DNA of 64,000 bases from Gracilinanus agilis. Taxonomy: Eukaryota. This document shows, one piece after another, positions 51,203 to 62,986 of this stretch. The notes under the pieces are model-generated. The model was not told the DNA's origin and did not search any database. It worked only from the letters and a program-made list of their open reading frames with translations. The stretch's first letter is position 1. Every line of letters starts with the position of its first letter. The translations under genes were made by a program, and so were the position numbers. The stretch covers positions 592,724,195 to 592,788,194 of the forward strand of contig NC_058130.1 in the NCBI RefSeq assembly GCF_016433145.1, written 5' to 3'.

Positions 51203-52610
51203 GTCACAGGAGTCAGTAGTCAAGCAAGAAGCATATATTAAGATTATTGTATGAGGACCTGTGCTCAACATTGATAATTCAAGATAGATAATACTCTCTG
51301 GGAACAAAAACTATACACAAATTGGGGAACAGCTGGGGGGGAAACTATGATCTATAAATGGAATAAAATAGCACTGTTCAATAAATTATTTATTATGGGA
51401 GTATATTGAAAGCCAAATAAGTAAACCAAGAGAAACATGTACAAAGGCCATAACAATGAAAATGTAAAGATCACTTGAAGTTCAATTCTAAGTAAAGGAA
51501 AATATAGTGGAAACCCAGAAGGAAAGATAACAAAACATGTGGGAGAGGTGAAGGAATACCAAGAAAGAAAACTGAATAGTTATATATATATATATATGAT
51601 TTGTTTTTTGTTTCTTTGTTATTCTTTGTCACAAGAAAGGATTCAATGTGGAATGAGGAAAATTAATGCTATGTAAAGACATATTAATTTGTATGTATAT
51701 ATACTAATGTAGATATGTATGTTTATATATACACATATATATTTTAAAGAAAATATTAATGTCATTTAACATTAACTTGATGCAGAAAGTAGTGGTCTGA
51801 ATCAGAGGGCAAAAGGTAATAAATTAGCAAATTTTGTAGATTGTCGAGTTATAGAAAATTACCATTGCAAATAGTCAGCATATCCTGGCATAGATTCCTT
51901 AAAATATTGTGGGTATCTCCAGAAGCAATGACTGCTTTTATGTGGCTTAATTTGTCCCCAGAATAAGATTTTATTTATGGAGTATAGGAGTAAGAAAAAA
52001 AAGAAACTTCCAGCATTTTTGTCTAAGCCAACAAGATCAAATGGACTCTGGTCATTTGGTAAAGTCTTTATCATGGCATAATTACATAATTTTGGAGACA
52101 GTAATGACAAAGTTTTTTCAGATGTATAATATGTATCTTTGTATTAGGATGTGTTTGGACCGATTTCCCTGTGGCTAGGCAAAGGGGTCTGAAGACATTG
52201 AAATGCCAATTTGCATATAATCTGGATGACCTAGTTCTGAGCTCCATGGAGACACAAGATAACAAGATGATTGATTTAGAGAGAAAAAGGACATTGGAGG
52301 TCGTCTAGTACAACACCTTTATTACATACATGAGGAAAGTAAGTCCAAAGGTTAAATGAATTGTCTAAGATCTCATAAGTAGTAAGTGGGATTAGATCCC
52401 ATCTAACTCAATGGTTATGCCTTTGCACAATAAATGCACACAAAAGGAGGAGTGTATGCTGTCCCTGGGTTTATAGATGAATGAATCCATAATTACAGTC
52501 ATTGTAAAATTTTAGTTTTAGTTAGAATGTTCCATAAATTCATGGATGACACAAAGCTACAACATGGTGGATTACTATGTTAGCATTTTTCTATCCTATG
52601 AACCTTTGGG

Positions 52611-52846
52611 AGATGTAAAGGTAATCTGACTGTGGCATCTACTACTAGATTGATCACCAAGATTGATTCAGCTGATCTAGCTGACTAGGTGAGTGTCCTC
52701 TTCTGCCCTTACTCCTCCATGTGTGTCCCTTCCAGCGCTGAACTCTTGATTGAAGAGGGATGGCTTTCCATGACAGAGGCCTGCCATTCTTTGGTCAAGG
52801 CTATATGAGTAGCTGTTCTTCCCTGCTGGAACAAGCTCTCTAGGTC
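52611..52846 (+). pseudogene. RN7SK: 7SK snRNA retropseudogene, 3'-truncated
   Basis: Colinear with 7SK from its 5' end: agatgtaaaggtaatctgactg...ttgattcagctgatctagctgactaggtgagtgtcc...ggtcaaggctatatgagtagctg...aacaagctctc. Many CpG-decay changes. Flanked by an imperfect ~14-bp TSD. Confidence 0.9.
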
Positions 52847-54024
52847 TTATGTCTTATGTACCTTCAGGGTCATTTTATGTATAAGGCAGAGCAGTTAGAA
52901 GCTTACATGGGATAATTCTAGGACACTAAAAAAAAAATATTCAGTCCCCAAATATCTTCCTACCTATGCATCTGGAATTCTATCATGAGATAGTTATCCC
53001 TTTAAATTTAAACTCCCACATCCCATTTCAGTCACAAATACCACAGAAAATCACCAAAGGAGGAAATGAGAGGACCTTAGTTATGCCCCCCAAACCACAA
53101 AAAACAGAACGGAATTTTGAGTGAAAGCTATGTTAAATATGGCAAAATGTTGATGGGAAGAAATGTGTAACAAGGCTTACCTGTAGTGTATGCCCAGATC
53201 TCCTAAAATGGAGGCACTCTGTATGAGTAAACGAACCTTCTTGAACTGGCTAAATAATGAGAATAGGCTGTGTCTTTAAAACTAGTAAGATTGGCAGGCA
53301 TAGACTAAGACAGTCGCTATTTCTGCCACTTCTTGAGTCATAAATCTTTTCTGTTGCATCCAGTTCACTCATAGTGCTGGCACTGTGAACTAAATCTGTG
53401 AGAAGGAAAGGGACTCCTTTCCCCACTCCTTCTTTTACCCTGGCTCTGAGAAAAATACCTATGGGTATTTTTATTTGTTCTGTGTCATTAATCTTCAGTT
53501 TCAGGTACTAGTGTACACTAGAATTAGTAGTTGGAACCATGGTGGCCTGGGAACCAGGATTCAGTGCAGGATGTTGCAGCCAACCAACTCATCAGGAAAA
53601 CCCAGAGAAGCCAGTGTAACTGGGACTAGAGCCCAATGGAGATTTAGATTTGAAACTGGAACTGTGCTTTACAGGAATGGAGCTCAGATCATAAGTGGCA
53701 GAGCCAGAATTTGGACTAGGTTCTCTAACTCCATATCCAGCACTCAGCACTTCTTCAGATGTGAATTCACCATGTCATTGGAGGGCTCTCCAATTCAGCA
53801 AGTGAAGGATTGAGTAGGAAGAATCTTATTAATCTTATCACTGACATTTGGTAATTATGTACAGGTGGATGAGTCACAAATTCAGGGACCACATTTCTCT
53901 TCAGATTCATATTCCCAATCTGTAAAAATGGGAGTTAATGATGACTATAATATACCTTACAAGTTTATGATTGGGAATCAAATTTGCCAATGAATGTATT
54001 TTCAAAAATGTAATTTGTGATCTC

Positions 54025-54230
54025 ATAGGTATAGGCAAATCTTGGTGAGGAAATTCCTTCTACTAATACAGATCCAGGAATTCTCTTGATCTTATAGTCT
54101 TAAAAATTTTGCTATAGACACTGACAGTTTAAGTACTTTTCTTATGGTTACATAGTCTGTATGTGTCAGATGCAGGACTGACCCCAAGTCTTCCTAACTC
54201 TTAGATCAGGACTTTATCCACAATGCAATT
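54025..54230 (-). mobile_element. MdoRep1-type CORE-SINE
   Basis: ggtgaggaaattccttctactaatacagatcc...tatgtgtcagatgcaggactgaccccaagtcttcctaactc. Confidence 0.7.
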
Positions 54231-55259
54231 CTTTGTCATCTGTAATCCTATAAACATCAGCCATTTAAATTCACTAAGTTTGGGGGGGAAATGAGAGAAT
54301 ACATAGATGTGAGTTCTAGATGACATTAAGATTAAAATTCTCTGGAGACTGTATCTTAATTGATGATTACTATTAAAATAAATTTTTAAATGAGCCAGAG
54401 AAAAAAGGCACCAGCCACATGTGGTCAGCTGTTCCCTTTACAAGCCTCCTTTCCCAGTCAGCTGCACCAATTTCATAGTCAGACCTCATTTGCCCCAGTG
54501 CTCTCCTGGGCAGCCCTGAGCCTGATCATGTGCATGCACCTGGGCTCCCTTAGCTAGCACACTTCTGTCTTGGCATTCTCCTATCTGCCTCCCCCCAGCC
54601 AGATTTTCAACCACAGCACGTGAGCACCAGCTTTCACCTACCCACCTCTTCTTGGTAATTCAAGGCAAAAGTGACCCAATTGCTTTCCCTAGTCTCAATT
54701 ATGCTGTTTTTGACATCACTTTTCAGAGCCCCTCTGTTTGCAGAGCTCCAACTTCACTCTGAGGAAGAGGTGGGTCTTCCAGATACCAGGGAGTCCTGAG
54801 GCTTCCAAAATTCCTCTGCCTATCTACCCTTCTCTAACTCCACTGTCTTGATTCCATCAGAAGGTGGGATAGGTTATAGCTTAATCCAATCAGGATTCAT
54901 CCAATCTAATCAAATCTTGGTTTAAAACTCTCTCTTTAAAATCCAAGGCTGATCTTACAGTAGATATCAAGATAAAGAAAGGGAGTGCAGGGTAGTGTTA
55001 AATTCTCACCATGACAAGAGAAGAGCCACCATAAAGTGGGGAAGGAGGTGAAGAAAGGGTAATTAGGGGCTAGAAGTTAATCTTTATATATATCAGAGTT
55101 TAGGGCCAACTCAGCTTGTTTTTCTGCAACTGATCTTTTTAGTTAAAAATTAGATAGAGATAGTATTATTATAAATAAATACAAAATAATATTGCTTTGG
55201 AAACTCTCTGTTTGAAGGAACTTTTCAATAAATCCTTCTGTCAGGCAAAGATGCATTTT

Positions 55260-55457
55260 AAAAAATCATTACCTTCTGAATTAGAATCAATAAGATTTAT
55301 TGATTCTAAGGCAGAAGAGCAGTAGGGGCTAGGCAATGGAGATTAAGTGACTTGCCCAGGGTCACACAGCTAGGAAGCGTCTGAATCCAGATTTGAACCC
55401 AGAACCTCCCCTCTCTAGGCCCAGCTTTCAATCCACTGAGCCACCTATCTTCCCCCT
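55260..55457 (-). mobile_element. SINE1_Mdo-type SINE
   Basis: Full body with a perfect 14-bp TSD caaagatgcatttt at 55246-59 and 55458-71. Confidence 0.95.
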
Positions 55458-55471
55458 CAAAGATGCATTTT

Positions 55472-55850
55472 CTCTTTTTTTCCTTTTTCTATTTAGAATA
55501 TTTTTCCATGGTTACATGATTCAATATTCCTTCGCTCTTCTTTCCCCCATCCCTGGGCTGACAAGCAGTTCCATTGGGTTATACATGTATCATTAATCAA
55601 TACCTATTTCTATGTTATCCATATTTGTAGTAGAGTGATTATTTGACATCAAAACTCTAATCCCATCCATATCTAACTATGAGATCGATCATATGTTTTT
55701 CTTCTGAGTTTCTGCCCCAACATTTCTTTCTCTGAATGTGGATAGCATTCTTTCTCACAAGTTCCTCTGAGTTGTCCTGGGTCATTGCTGCATTGCTGTT
55801 AGTAGAAAAGTCTATTACATTCAATTGTGCCATATAATGTAAAAGATACA
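55472..55850 (-). mobile_element. L1 3'UTR
   Basis: ttttccatggttacatgattc...gcagttccattgggttatacatgtatcatt is the reverse marsupial L1 3'UTR. Confidence 0.85.
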
Positions 55851-57129
55851 TTTTCAAAAGTGAGTAATTGCTTCTTCTTAGTTTATCTTTTAGAGATTTC
55901 TATCTTTGTCTTCAGGTCTTATTACTTTAAAAATGTGCTCCTGAAAAGGAATTGTAAAATGGAAATTTGACTAAACCATATAATGCTTTCTAACTGACTA
56001 ACACCAAAATTTCATAGATTAATTTACAAGAAAGAAAAAGTGGTCCCAAAGTAAATATAAAATAATACTGGTCAGGATATGAAAGACCTAACTATAAAAC
56101 ACACATAGGGAAAAGCATATATCTAGGAAGGGAAACTGAAATTTTCTTGTGCATTTTAGGACTAGAGGATTTAGAGGTCTTATAGATCATCTAGCTGAAA
56201 ACCTACATTTCCCATATCATAGAGAAGAAAACTATGACTTAAGTGGTTTAGTGTCCTGTCTAAGACAAATAACAGAGTCAAAATTTAAACCCAACTCCTT
56301 TGAGGAAACCTTGCTCTGAATGTTTGGACTGGGTCAGTGTACTGACTCAATGAAGCATGTAATTCTGTGATCACGTTATCCTAAAATTTCTAGAAGGTTT
56401 GATGAGTATGAAGTTGGTAGAAGGGCCTTTTAAGACAGATTGGAAAAGAAGTCAATCAAGAAAGGGAAATCATACTGAATGAGACTGAGGCAGTCTTTTA
56501 AAAGAAGAAAAGTCAGTTTAAAAAAAAGATGACTATTTGGCATTATTTAATAGATATTCAGGAAATGCAGCTGAGTTGAAAGGCTCAGAAGTATAAGGTG
56601 TTGATTACAGTCTCTTTCTTTCAGAATAAATCAATAAATGTATTGGTTTAATCACTAAATTTATCCCTAAGATGTTTGATTCAAAGAAAGAATAAAATCA
56701 AATCAAAATAGAGTTAGTTATATCTCTCCAAAATATGGACATTGGATGAGTAGTATATATAGGCTCCTTCCATTGAGTAAATATTTCAAGGCACTATTAT
56801 TCCTCTCCAAAACAATTTCTTCTCCAGTCCAATCAACAAACCTTTATTAAGCATGACTCTATATTGGGACTGTTCCAGGAACTGGCAAAATGAAAGCAAA
56901 AAATTTAACAATGTCTTCTTATAGAGATTTTACATTTTAATGGAAAATAAAAATACATATGTATATATGCCCATAAATACATATATGTGTATGTATAATT
57001 ATATACACATAATATAGAATAGAATAGAGATTGTATGTATACATACACTTAAAATAAATAATATAAATAAATTATACATGAATATGCACATGTAAAATAA
57101 ATGATATAGTAAAATGAAAAAGGGAATAA

Positions 57130-57389
57130 GAATTTATAGAGCATTTACTTAGCACTGCCAGGCAATATGTTGTCTTTTTTTTTTTTTTTTTTTTTACAAA
57201 TATCACCTTAGCTGATTTTCACAACAATCCTATAAGGTAGATGCTGTCATTTTACATTTCATAATCGAGGAAACTGAGGCAAACAGAGATTAGGTGAGTT
57301 GCCAGGTTCGGACAGCTAGTAAATGTGTCTAAGGCTGGTTTTGAACTCTGGTCTTTCTGATTCTACATCCCAGGCAGTTTTGGATGGAG
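57130..57389 (-). mobile_element. MIR (CORE-SINE)
   Basis: ttcacaacaatcctataaggtagatgctg...gaggaaactgaggc...ttttgaactctggtc. Confidence 0.85.
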
Positions 57390-57666
57390 CAGTGATGGCA
57401 AATCTTTTAGAGACCAAATGCAGTGCCCCCTACCCCTTACCCCAGACAGGGGAGGAAGGAAGCACTCTCATTGGCTTGCTGGGCACAGGGATGGGTGAAG
57501 TGAAAAAATATCCTACGGTGGGATGGGGGGGGGGAAGGGAGAAGCTTGCCTCCCCCCACTCCCAGTCCCTCTGGGTTTCTAGTAACAAACTCTAGCGGGC
57601 CATGATGCCCATGCCCACAGAGAGGGTTTTGTGTGCTCTCTCTGGCACCTGTGCTTGCTACCATGG
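57390..57666 (+). mobile_element. hAT-Charlie MITE of OposCharlie/OC1 type
   Basis: Left TIR cagtgatggcaaatcttttagagacc and degenerate right TIR ttgctaccatgg (8/12). GC-rich interior ccttaccccagacaggggagg...tgcccacagagaggg...tctggcac as recalled for opossum OC1 non-autonomous elements. Confidence 0.7.
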
Positions 57667-58359
57667 CTATAGGGAATACTACCGACTGGGTGATTAAGAT
57701 ATATGAGTTCCCGTTGTATTTTGAGTAAAAAGAGGGTTCTGAAAGGTGGAAGTTAGGCATCAGGCTCTAGTCAGTGCAAAAGGCACAGAGCCTACTGCTT
57801 AATGTATGTGACAAAGAAAAAAAATATTCAATTTTTCTTGAACTCCGAGTATAGAAAGAGAGCAATATCCAAATCAATGGAAAGCAAGATTAGGTACAAT
57901 TTCCAAAGATCTTTAAAAGTTAAAAAAGAAAGGATTTGACATGAATTACAGAGGCAATAGGGGACCACTGAATTTCACTGAGTAGCGGCCAAATCTGTTC
58001 TTTGGAAAAATTGTTTTGGTGCTGCTGTGTACATAGACTGTAGTAAAGATGTTTGAGGAGTATAGAGAACATGGAAATTAAGGTACATATATATGTATGT
58101 ATTTGTACATGTATAATAAATCAGTCAATTGATCAACAAGTTTTATCAGCTATGAACTTATTTTCAAGGCTCTGTGTTCACAGCTAGAAATATGAGTACA
58201 AACAAGGGAATGATCACTATTGGCAAAGTGCTTATATCTAAATGGGAAAGAAAATAAATTCAAATATAGTATGGTCCCAAAGTCTTAAGTCTTAAGTAAA
58301 AATAAAAAAGGCAAAAGTATTAAGGCTTTAAAGCTCAAGATTTCACTGAGACTAGGAGT

Positions 58360-58538
58360 GGGGGACAGCTAGGTGGCTCTGTTGATAAAGGACCTGGCTT
58401 TGAATTTGACCTTTGACACTTCCTAACCTTGTATACCAGGGAAAGTCACTTAACCCCAATTGCCTAGGTCCTGAAGGTCTTCTGCCTTGGAACTGATACT
58501 TATCAATTCTAAGAAAGAAAATTAGGCTAAAAAAAAAA
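58360..58538 (+). mobile_element. SINE1_Mdo-type SINE (older)
   Basis: ggggacagctaggtggc head, CORE, tcttctgccttggaactgatact tail, poly-A. Confidence 0.85.
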
Positions 58539-58589
58539 GATCCCATTAAGTCTTTTAGTATAACCTGTATAAATTAAATAAAAGAATAA

Positions 58590-58990
58590 ATACTGTATTG
58601 GAGAGCCCTAGCAGGAGACTGCTGCATTGATCTAGAAAATCAATCAATCCAGAAGATCAAGAAAAGATAAGGACCTGAATTACTCTGGTATTGGTAGAAA
58701 AAAAGGATTCAGATACATTGTGAAGGTAAAAAGGGCAAAATTTTGCAACTGATTGAATATGGGGAGGGAAGGAAAGTGAGGATTCAGGAGTATATTTAGA
58801 GCAAGAATCTGGGAGACAGGAAGGATGATGGTGCCTTTGACAGAAATAGGGAAGTTTGGCAGAAAGAAGGGTTACAAGATCAATCCTAGACCTTAGGGAG
58901 GTTACAATCTAGTATGAGAGATGACAGGTACATGAATAACTGTAACCCAAAGTAGAAAATGATAACTGCACAAGAGAAATACACTCAAAT
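58590..58990 (-). mobile_element. L2 LINE relic
   Basis: cattgtgaaggtaaaaagggcaaaattttgcaactgattgaatatgggg...gatggtgcctttgacagaaatagggaagtttgg. Confidence 0.75.
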
Positions 58991-60519
58991 GTTATGAAGA
59001 AAAGCCAAAACAACAACAACCTCCCATTCCCCCCACACACCTATTAAATGATCTTTAGTCTGGTATCGGGGGAGGATTCATAAAGAATGTGGCAGTTCAG
59101 GTGGCTTTTAACACTGCTACCATTCACATACGGACAATGGCATCTAGGAATAAGGAATGGCATGAACAAAGTCCATGCTTTACCTTGTTCCCCCAAGCCA
59201 AGCCAAAACTGGAAATGTGTCCACTGAAGGAATTGCTGTGTCTCCTCTTAGTATACTAGCAATGTTAGGAGCCTAAGAGCTTTGTCCTCTGCATATCAGG
59301 TTCAGCATCTAACAGATTGTCAATGCTAATTTGTAAACTTAAAATTAATCAATGTAATACCTTAGGCTTTTTTGTTCAGATCCTTGGGGAAAAAAAATGG
59401 TTTTTGTGCATTTAAATATGCACCTACCTGTACACAGCCTAAAAGCCAAAAATGACCCCTTCTGACTAATAAAGGACATCTCCCCGGAAGGAAGGGCACC
59501 ATTGGTACGCGTCCAGCTGCTCTATCTGAGCTCACACAACCACCTTTCTTGTTAAAGGGTGTAATCTGCCTGCATTGAACAACAGTTGCTTACAGGCCCC
59601 CTACAGATGCATATGCAATCATCAGAAGGTCAGCCTGTCCACAGAAACTATTCCTGCGGAAAGGAGGGAAATACACAATGCAAATGATTCTTCATCCTGG
59701 CAGCCCTGTCCCAGCTGATGCTAACCGCCTCAGGGGCTAGCACTCCTGAGCAGAACGGAGTAGAGCTACCTCGGATCCCCTGAGAAATGAGCACTTGATC
59801 TAAAAAGGCTTTTGTTTCCAAGAGGCTTTGAAAGCATAGTCAGAAGGTAGTTTGCTTTGAGGAAAAGCTACCCCAAAGGGGCATTTTCCCTTCTCTCTAT
59901 CCCTTTTCTTGTACTCTACTTTAGCCAGAAATAAGCATGGGTTGTTTTTTTGTTTTGTTTTGTTCTCTGGGCACTAGTGGTGGCAGGTAGGGACCAAAAC
60001 AGAGATGCTGAGCACTATTTTCTCTGTCTATGGAACTGGCCCTCTCTTAAGTGCCAGCCAAATAAGTATAGTTTGGTTTTTTTTTTTTTTTTTTTTTTTG
60101 GCATGCCTTTCCTTTTGTACCTCTCCCAATAAATGTGTCAAACAGAAGTATGAAGATACCCCACTATTATGAGATGTATCATGAGCCTAGCTTGTCACTG
60201 GGGACTTAACTTGCATCATATTATCCTGACCAACATCTTCTAAAAGCATCATTCAAGAGGAATGGTACTGCTGCCCAACAGTTCCTGTTGCTAAGGAGGG
60301 TTAGGCTGGCAGATTGCCTGAGTTGGAAGTTCTAAGCTTGTTGAGTGTCCATAACGAATCCAGCTTCAATATGGTGACCCTCATGGAATATAGGGTCACT
60401 GAGCTTCCTACACAGACTTGAACTGAACTGTTCCAGATTGGGAAAAAAAAGGGGGCAGATCTTGCCCACAAATGACTATTATACTTCCAACCTGGGAAAG
60501 ACAAAGACATCCAGTCTCC

Positions 60520-60522
<3 letters not shown>

Positions 60523-60552
<30 letters not shown>
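60523..60552. repeat. (ATC)10 trinucleotide microsatellite
   Basis: Direct reading. It produces the poly-Met run in ORF 60408-60602. Confidence 0.97.
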
Positions 60553-62800
60553 TCACCATTGAGTAGCAGAAGCACTGCTAAAACATTTTTAGCAACAAAC
60601 ACCCACTTATAATATTTTCTATAGATCTAACTTCTTTCTCCCTGTCATATTATTTTTCTTTTTCTTATACTTTTGTGAACCATTTCAATTACATTAGACA
60701 AACATGGATATCGTGGTTAAAGAATTTACCATATTTTTTACTAAAAATTCCAATAGATAAAGTATGTACGGGAGGAGAAAAATGAAAATAGGTCCAAGCC
60801 ACGCTATAAAGAGGGCACCTTACATGAAAATACAATCAAACGTGACCTTTAAAAAATATATCTTAGAAGCATTGATTTCCTTAGGGGTCCTTTTATCCCC
60901 ATGTGTGAGTAAGAAAGCCACCTCCTGTGAAGGTTGAGAAAAAACATGAAGTCTTCCTCTCCAGAGACTTGCTAAAGATTCTGGCTCACATGAAAGATCA
61001 TGGACACTGCACACTGATCACACATTAAACCTTTTCTCCTCACCCTCAGAGGAGCACTGGATTAATGAGACTGATAAACTCTAGCTTACCCTTTAGCTTG
61101 GTTTAGCTGAAAATACTCTATGGAGAGCATTCAGGGCCATCAGGACTTGTTATCATTTCTCACAGCCCTGTTGTGGCCATTGTTCCTCAGCAATCTTGGA
61201 ATCACTATGAATATAAGTATCATCCAGAAGACTTTTTTTTCTCTTTTTTTTGAAGGTGAGCAGAAAATCTCCAAATGTCCTAGTTCTTTTAATGCATTGA
61301 CAGGTCAAAGATCATTTTGTTGCAAGAAAATTATCAATAAGTCATTTGTAAACACAGCATCTTAATTTTGTTCTTTTTCTTCCACATGATATAATGGCCC
61401 ATTTCTATCCTTTCTATTATTTCATCAGGCTTTCAGAAAAAAAAATACAACTATTTTTAATTTTTTCAGATAAATGCAAAAGAAAAGGCACCAGTTTTCA
61501 AAATGTTTACTGGTATTTGCAAAGGTAATATGATTCCAGTAGAAACCATCTATCTTGGTAGTCTCCTAAAAGGAATGCACATTTTTTATCAAGTTGGTAA
61601 AATGTTATCAAGGACTAAAGAGGTAATAATTGAATGCAGCTAGCATCCCATGAATGCTATTTTGTATTTCTTCCTATAACATTAAACTATTTTATTGAGT
61701 CTCCCACAACCAACAAAGGTGACTCACAACTAATATAGCAAATAATTCCTCCTCCCTCTTATATTTAAGAACTCTCATATAGTACGCTTACCCTTTCTAT
61801 GGCTTATCTTGAAGCTCTATCAATTTCTACTTTAAATCTACTGCATAGGAATTGTGTCTAATTTGATTTCATACTTTGCCAAGCTCATTGTTGTTAATCC
61901 ATTTCATCAAAAGCATGTTTATACAAAGAATACTGAAATTGAGCTTCTTCCATTTTATTTTTAAGATTAATCCCTTTCTGATGCAAAAATACAAAATAAT
62001 GAATCTACATTATTATTATGTTAACTTCCAAAGAGTAAAGTGACATTGGTAGATGTTTGGAAGGTTTTTCCTCCTTCCTCTTATGGCAATGAAAATAAAC
62101 AAAAAAATCATCAATAAATTCATTTCTGAAACTATTAATAATCCTACTGGGCTGATGCAATGTCACTGCAATATTTACAATGTCTTCATTGAGTGCAGAA
62201 AATTGTAGGTATTATCTCTTATAACTAGTTAAGCTTTAGCAGTAATAATGCAGAAGTGATATCACCTTGAATTTTCTTTTCTTTGCATGAAAGTCATACT
62301 ATAACAACACAGAGTATGTATGAGGAAACTTTTTGCTTAAAGAAACCAATGCTTTGGATTCTTGACATTTGCTGGGCTAGAATCCTAACCTTAATGTAGA
62401 CATGCAAATTTGAAGATAAAGATAATTCTTTTGCTATCATCAAGAGCAAAAGCAAATGTGGGAAGCACCAGATGGCTTCTAGATTTGTAAATCTAAAACC
62501 CTTTCCAGGGTAAAACTTAAAATGAAACGTGCTTTTCTTGACACCACATGGCTTTTCCCTTAGCAAGTCAATAAATCCTTGCTAAAATTTAGTATCAACA
62601 CTTGTTAAAAATTCAAGATGGGAGAAAAAAAGGGGGAAAAATTTTTCCATGAAGACAACTTGCCTGAAATCACATACAAGTATGTATTAGAGAATCTCCT
62701 GTAGTTAGAATTGGAAGCAACATAAAAAATGATCTATTTCTAATTTCTCATTTTATAGATGAGCAAACTGAGGTCTAGAATAATTGAGAAGTCTGAGGTT

Positions 62801-62986
62801 GGGGGTAGCTGGGTAGCTCAGTGGATTGAGAGTCAGGCCTAGAGACAGGAGGTCCTAGGTTCAAATCCGGCCTCAGACACTTCCCAGCTGTGTGACCCTG
62901 GGCAAGTCACTTGACCCCCGTTGCCCACCCTTACCACTCTTCCACCAAGGAGCCAATCACAGAAGTCAAGGGTTTAAAAAAAAAAA
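62801..62986 (+). mobile_element. SINE1_Mdo-type SINE, young, inserted in a MIR
   Basis: Near-consensus with retained CpGs and poly-A. 14-bp TSD agaagtctgaggtt / agaagtctaaggtt (62787-800, 62987-63000). Confidence 0.95.

Noticed and set aside
60374-60399. 8-bp hairpin gtgaccct/agggtcac
   Set aside because: A single short stem of this size is expected by chance in 64 kb.
61166-61255. Plus-strand exon candidate (ctcacag| ... gaag|gtgagc)
   Set aside because: Its open frame runs through poly-T low-complexity sequence and is likely a chance pair.
62801-62880. tRNA-like A/B boxes at SINE heads
   Set aside because: These are tRNA-derived SINE promoters, not tRNA genes. There is no cloverleaf, and they continue into the CORE domain.
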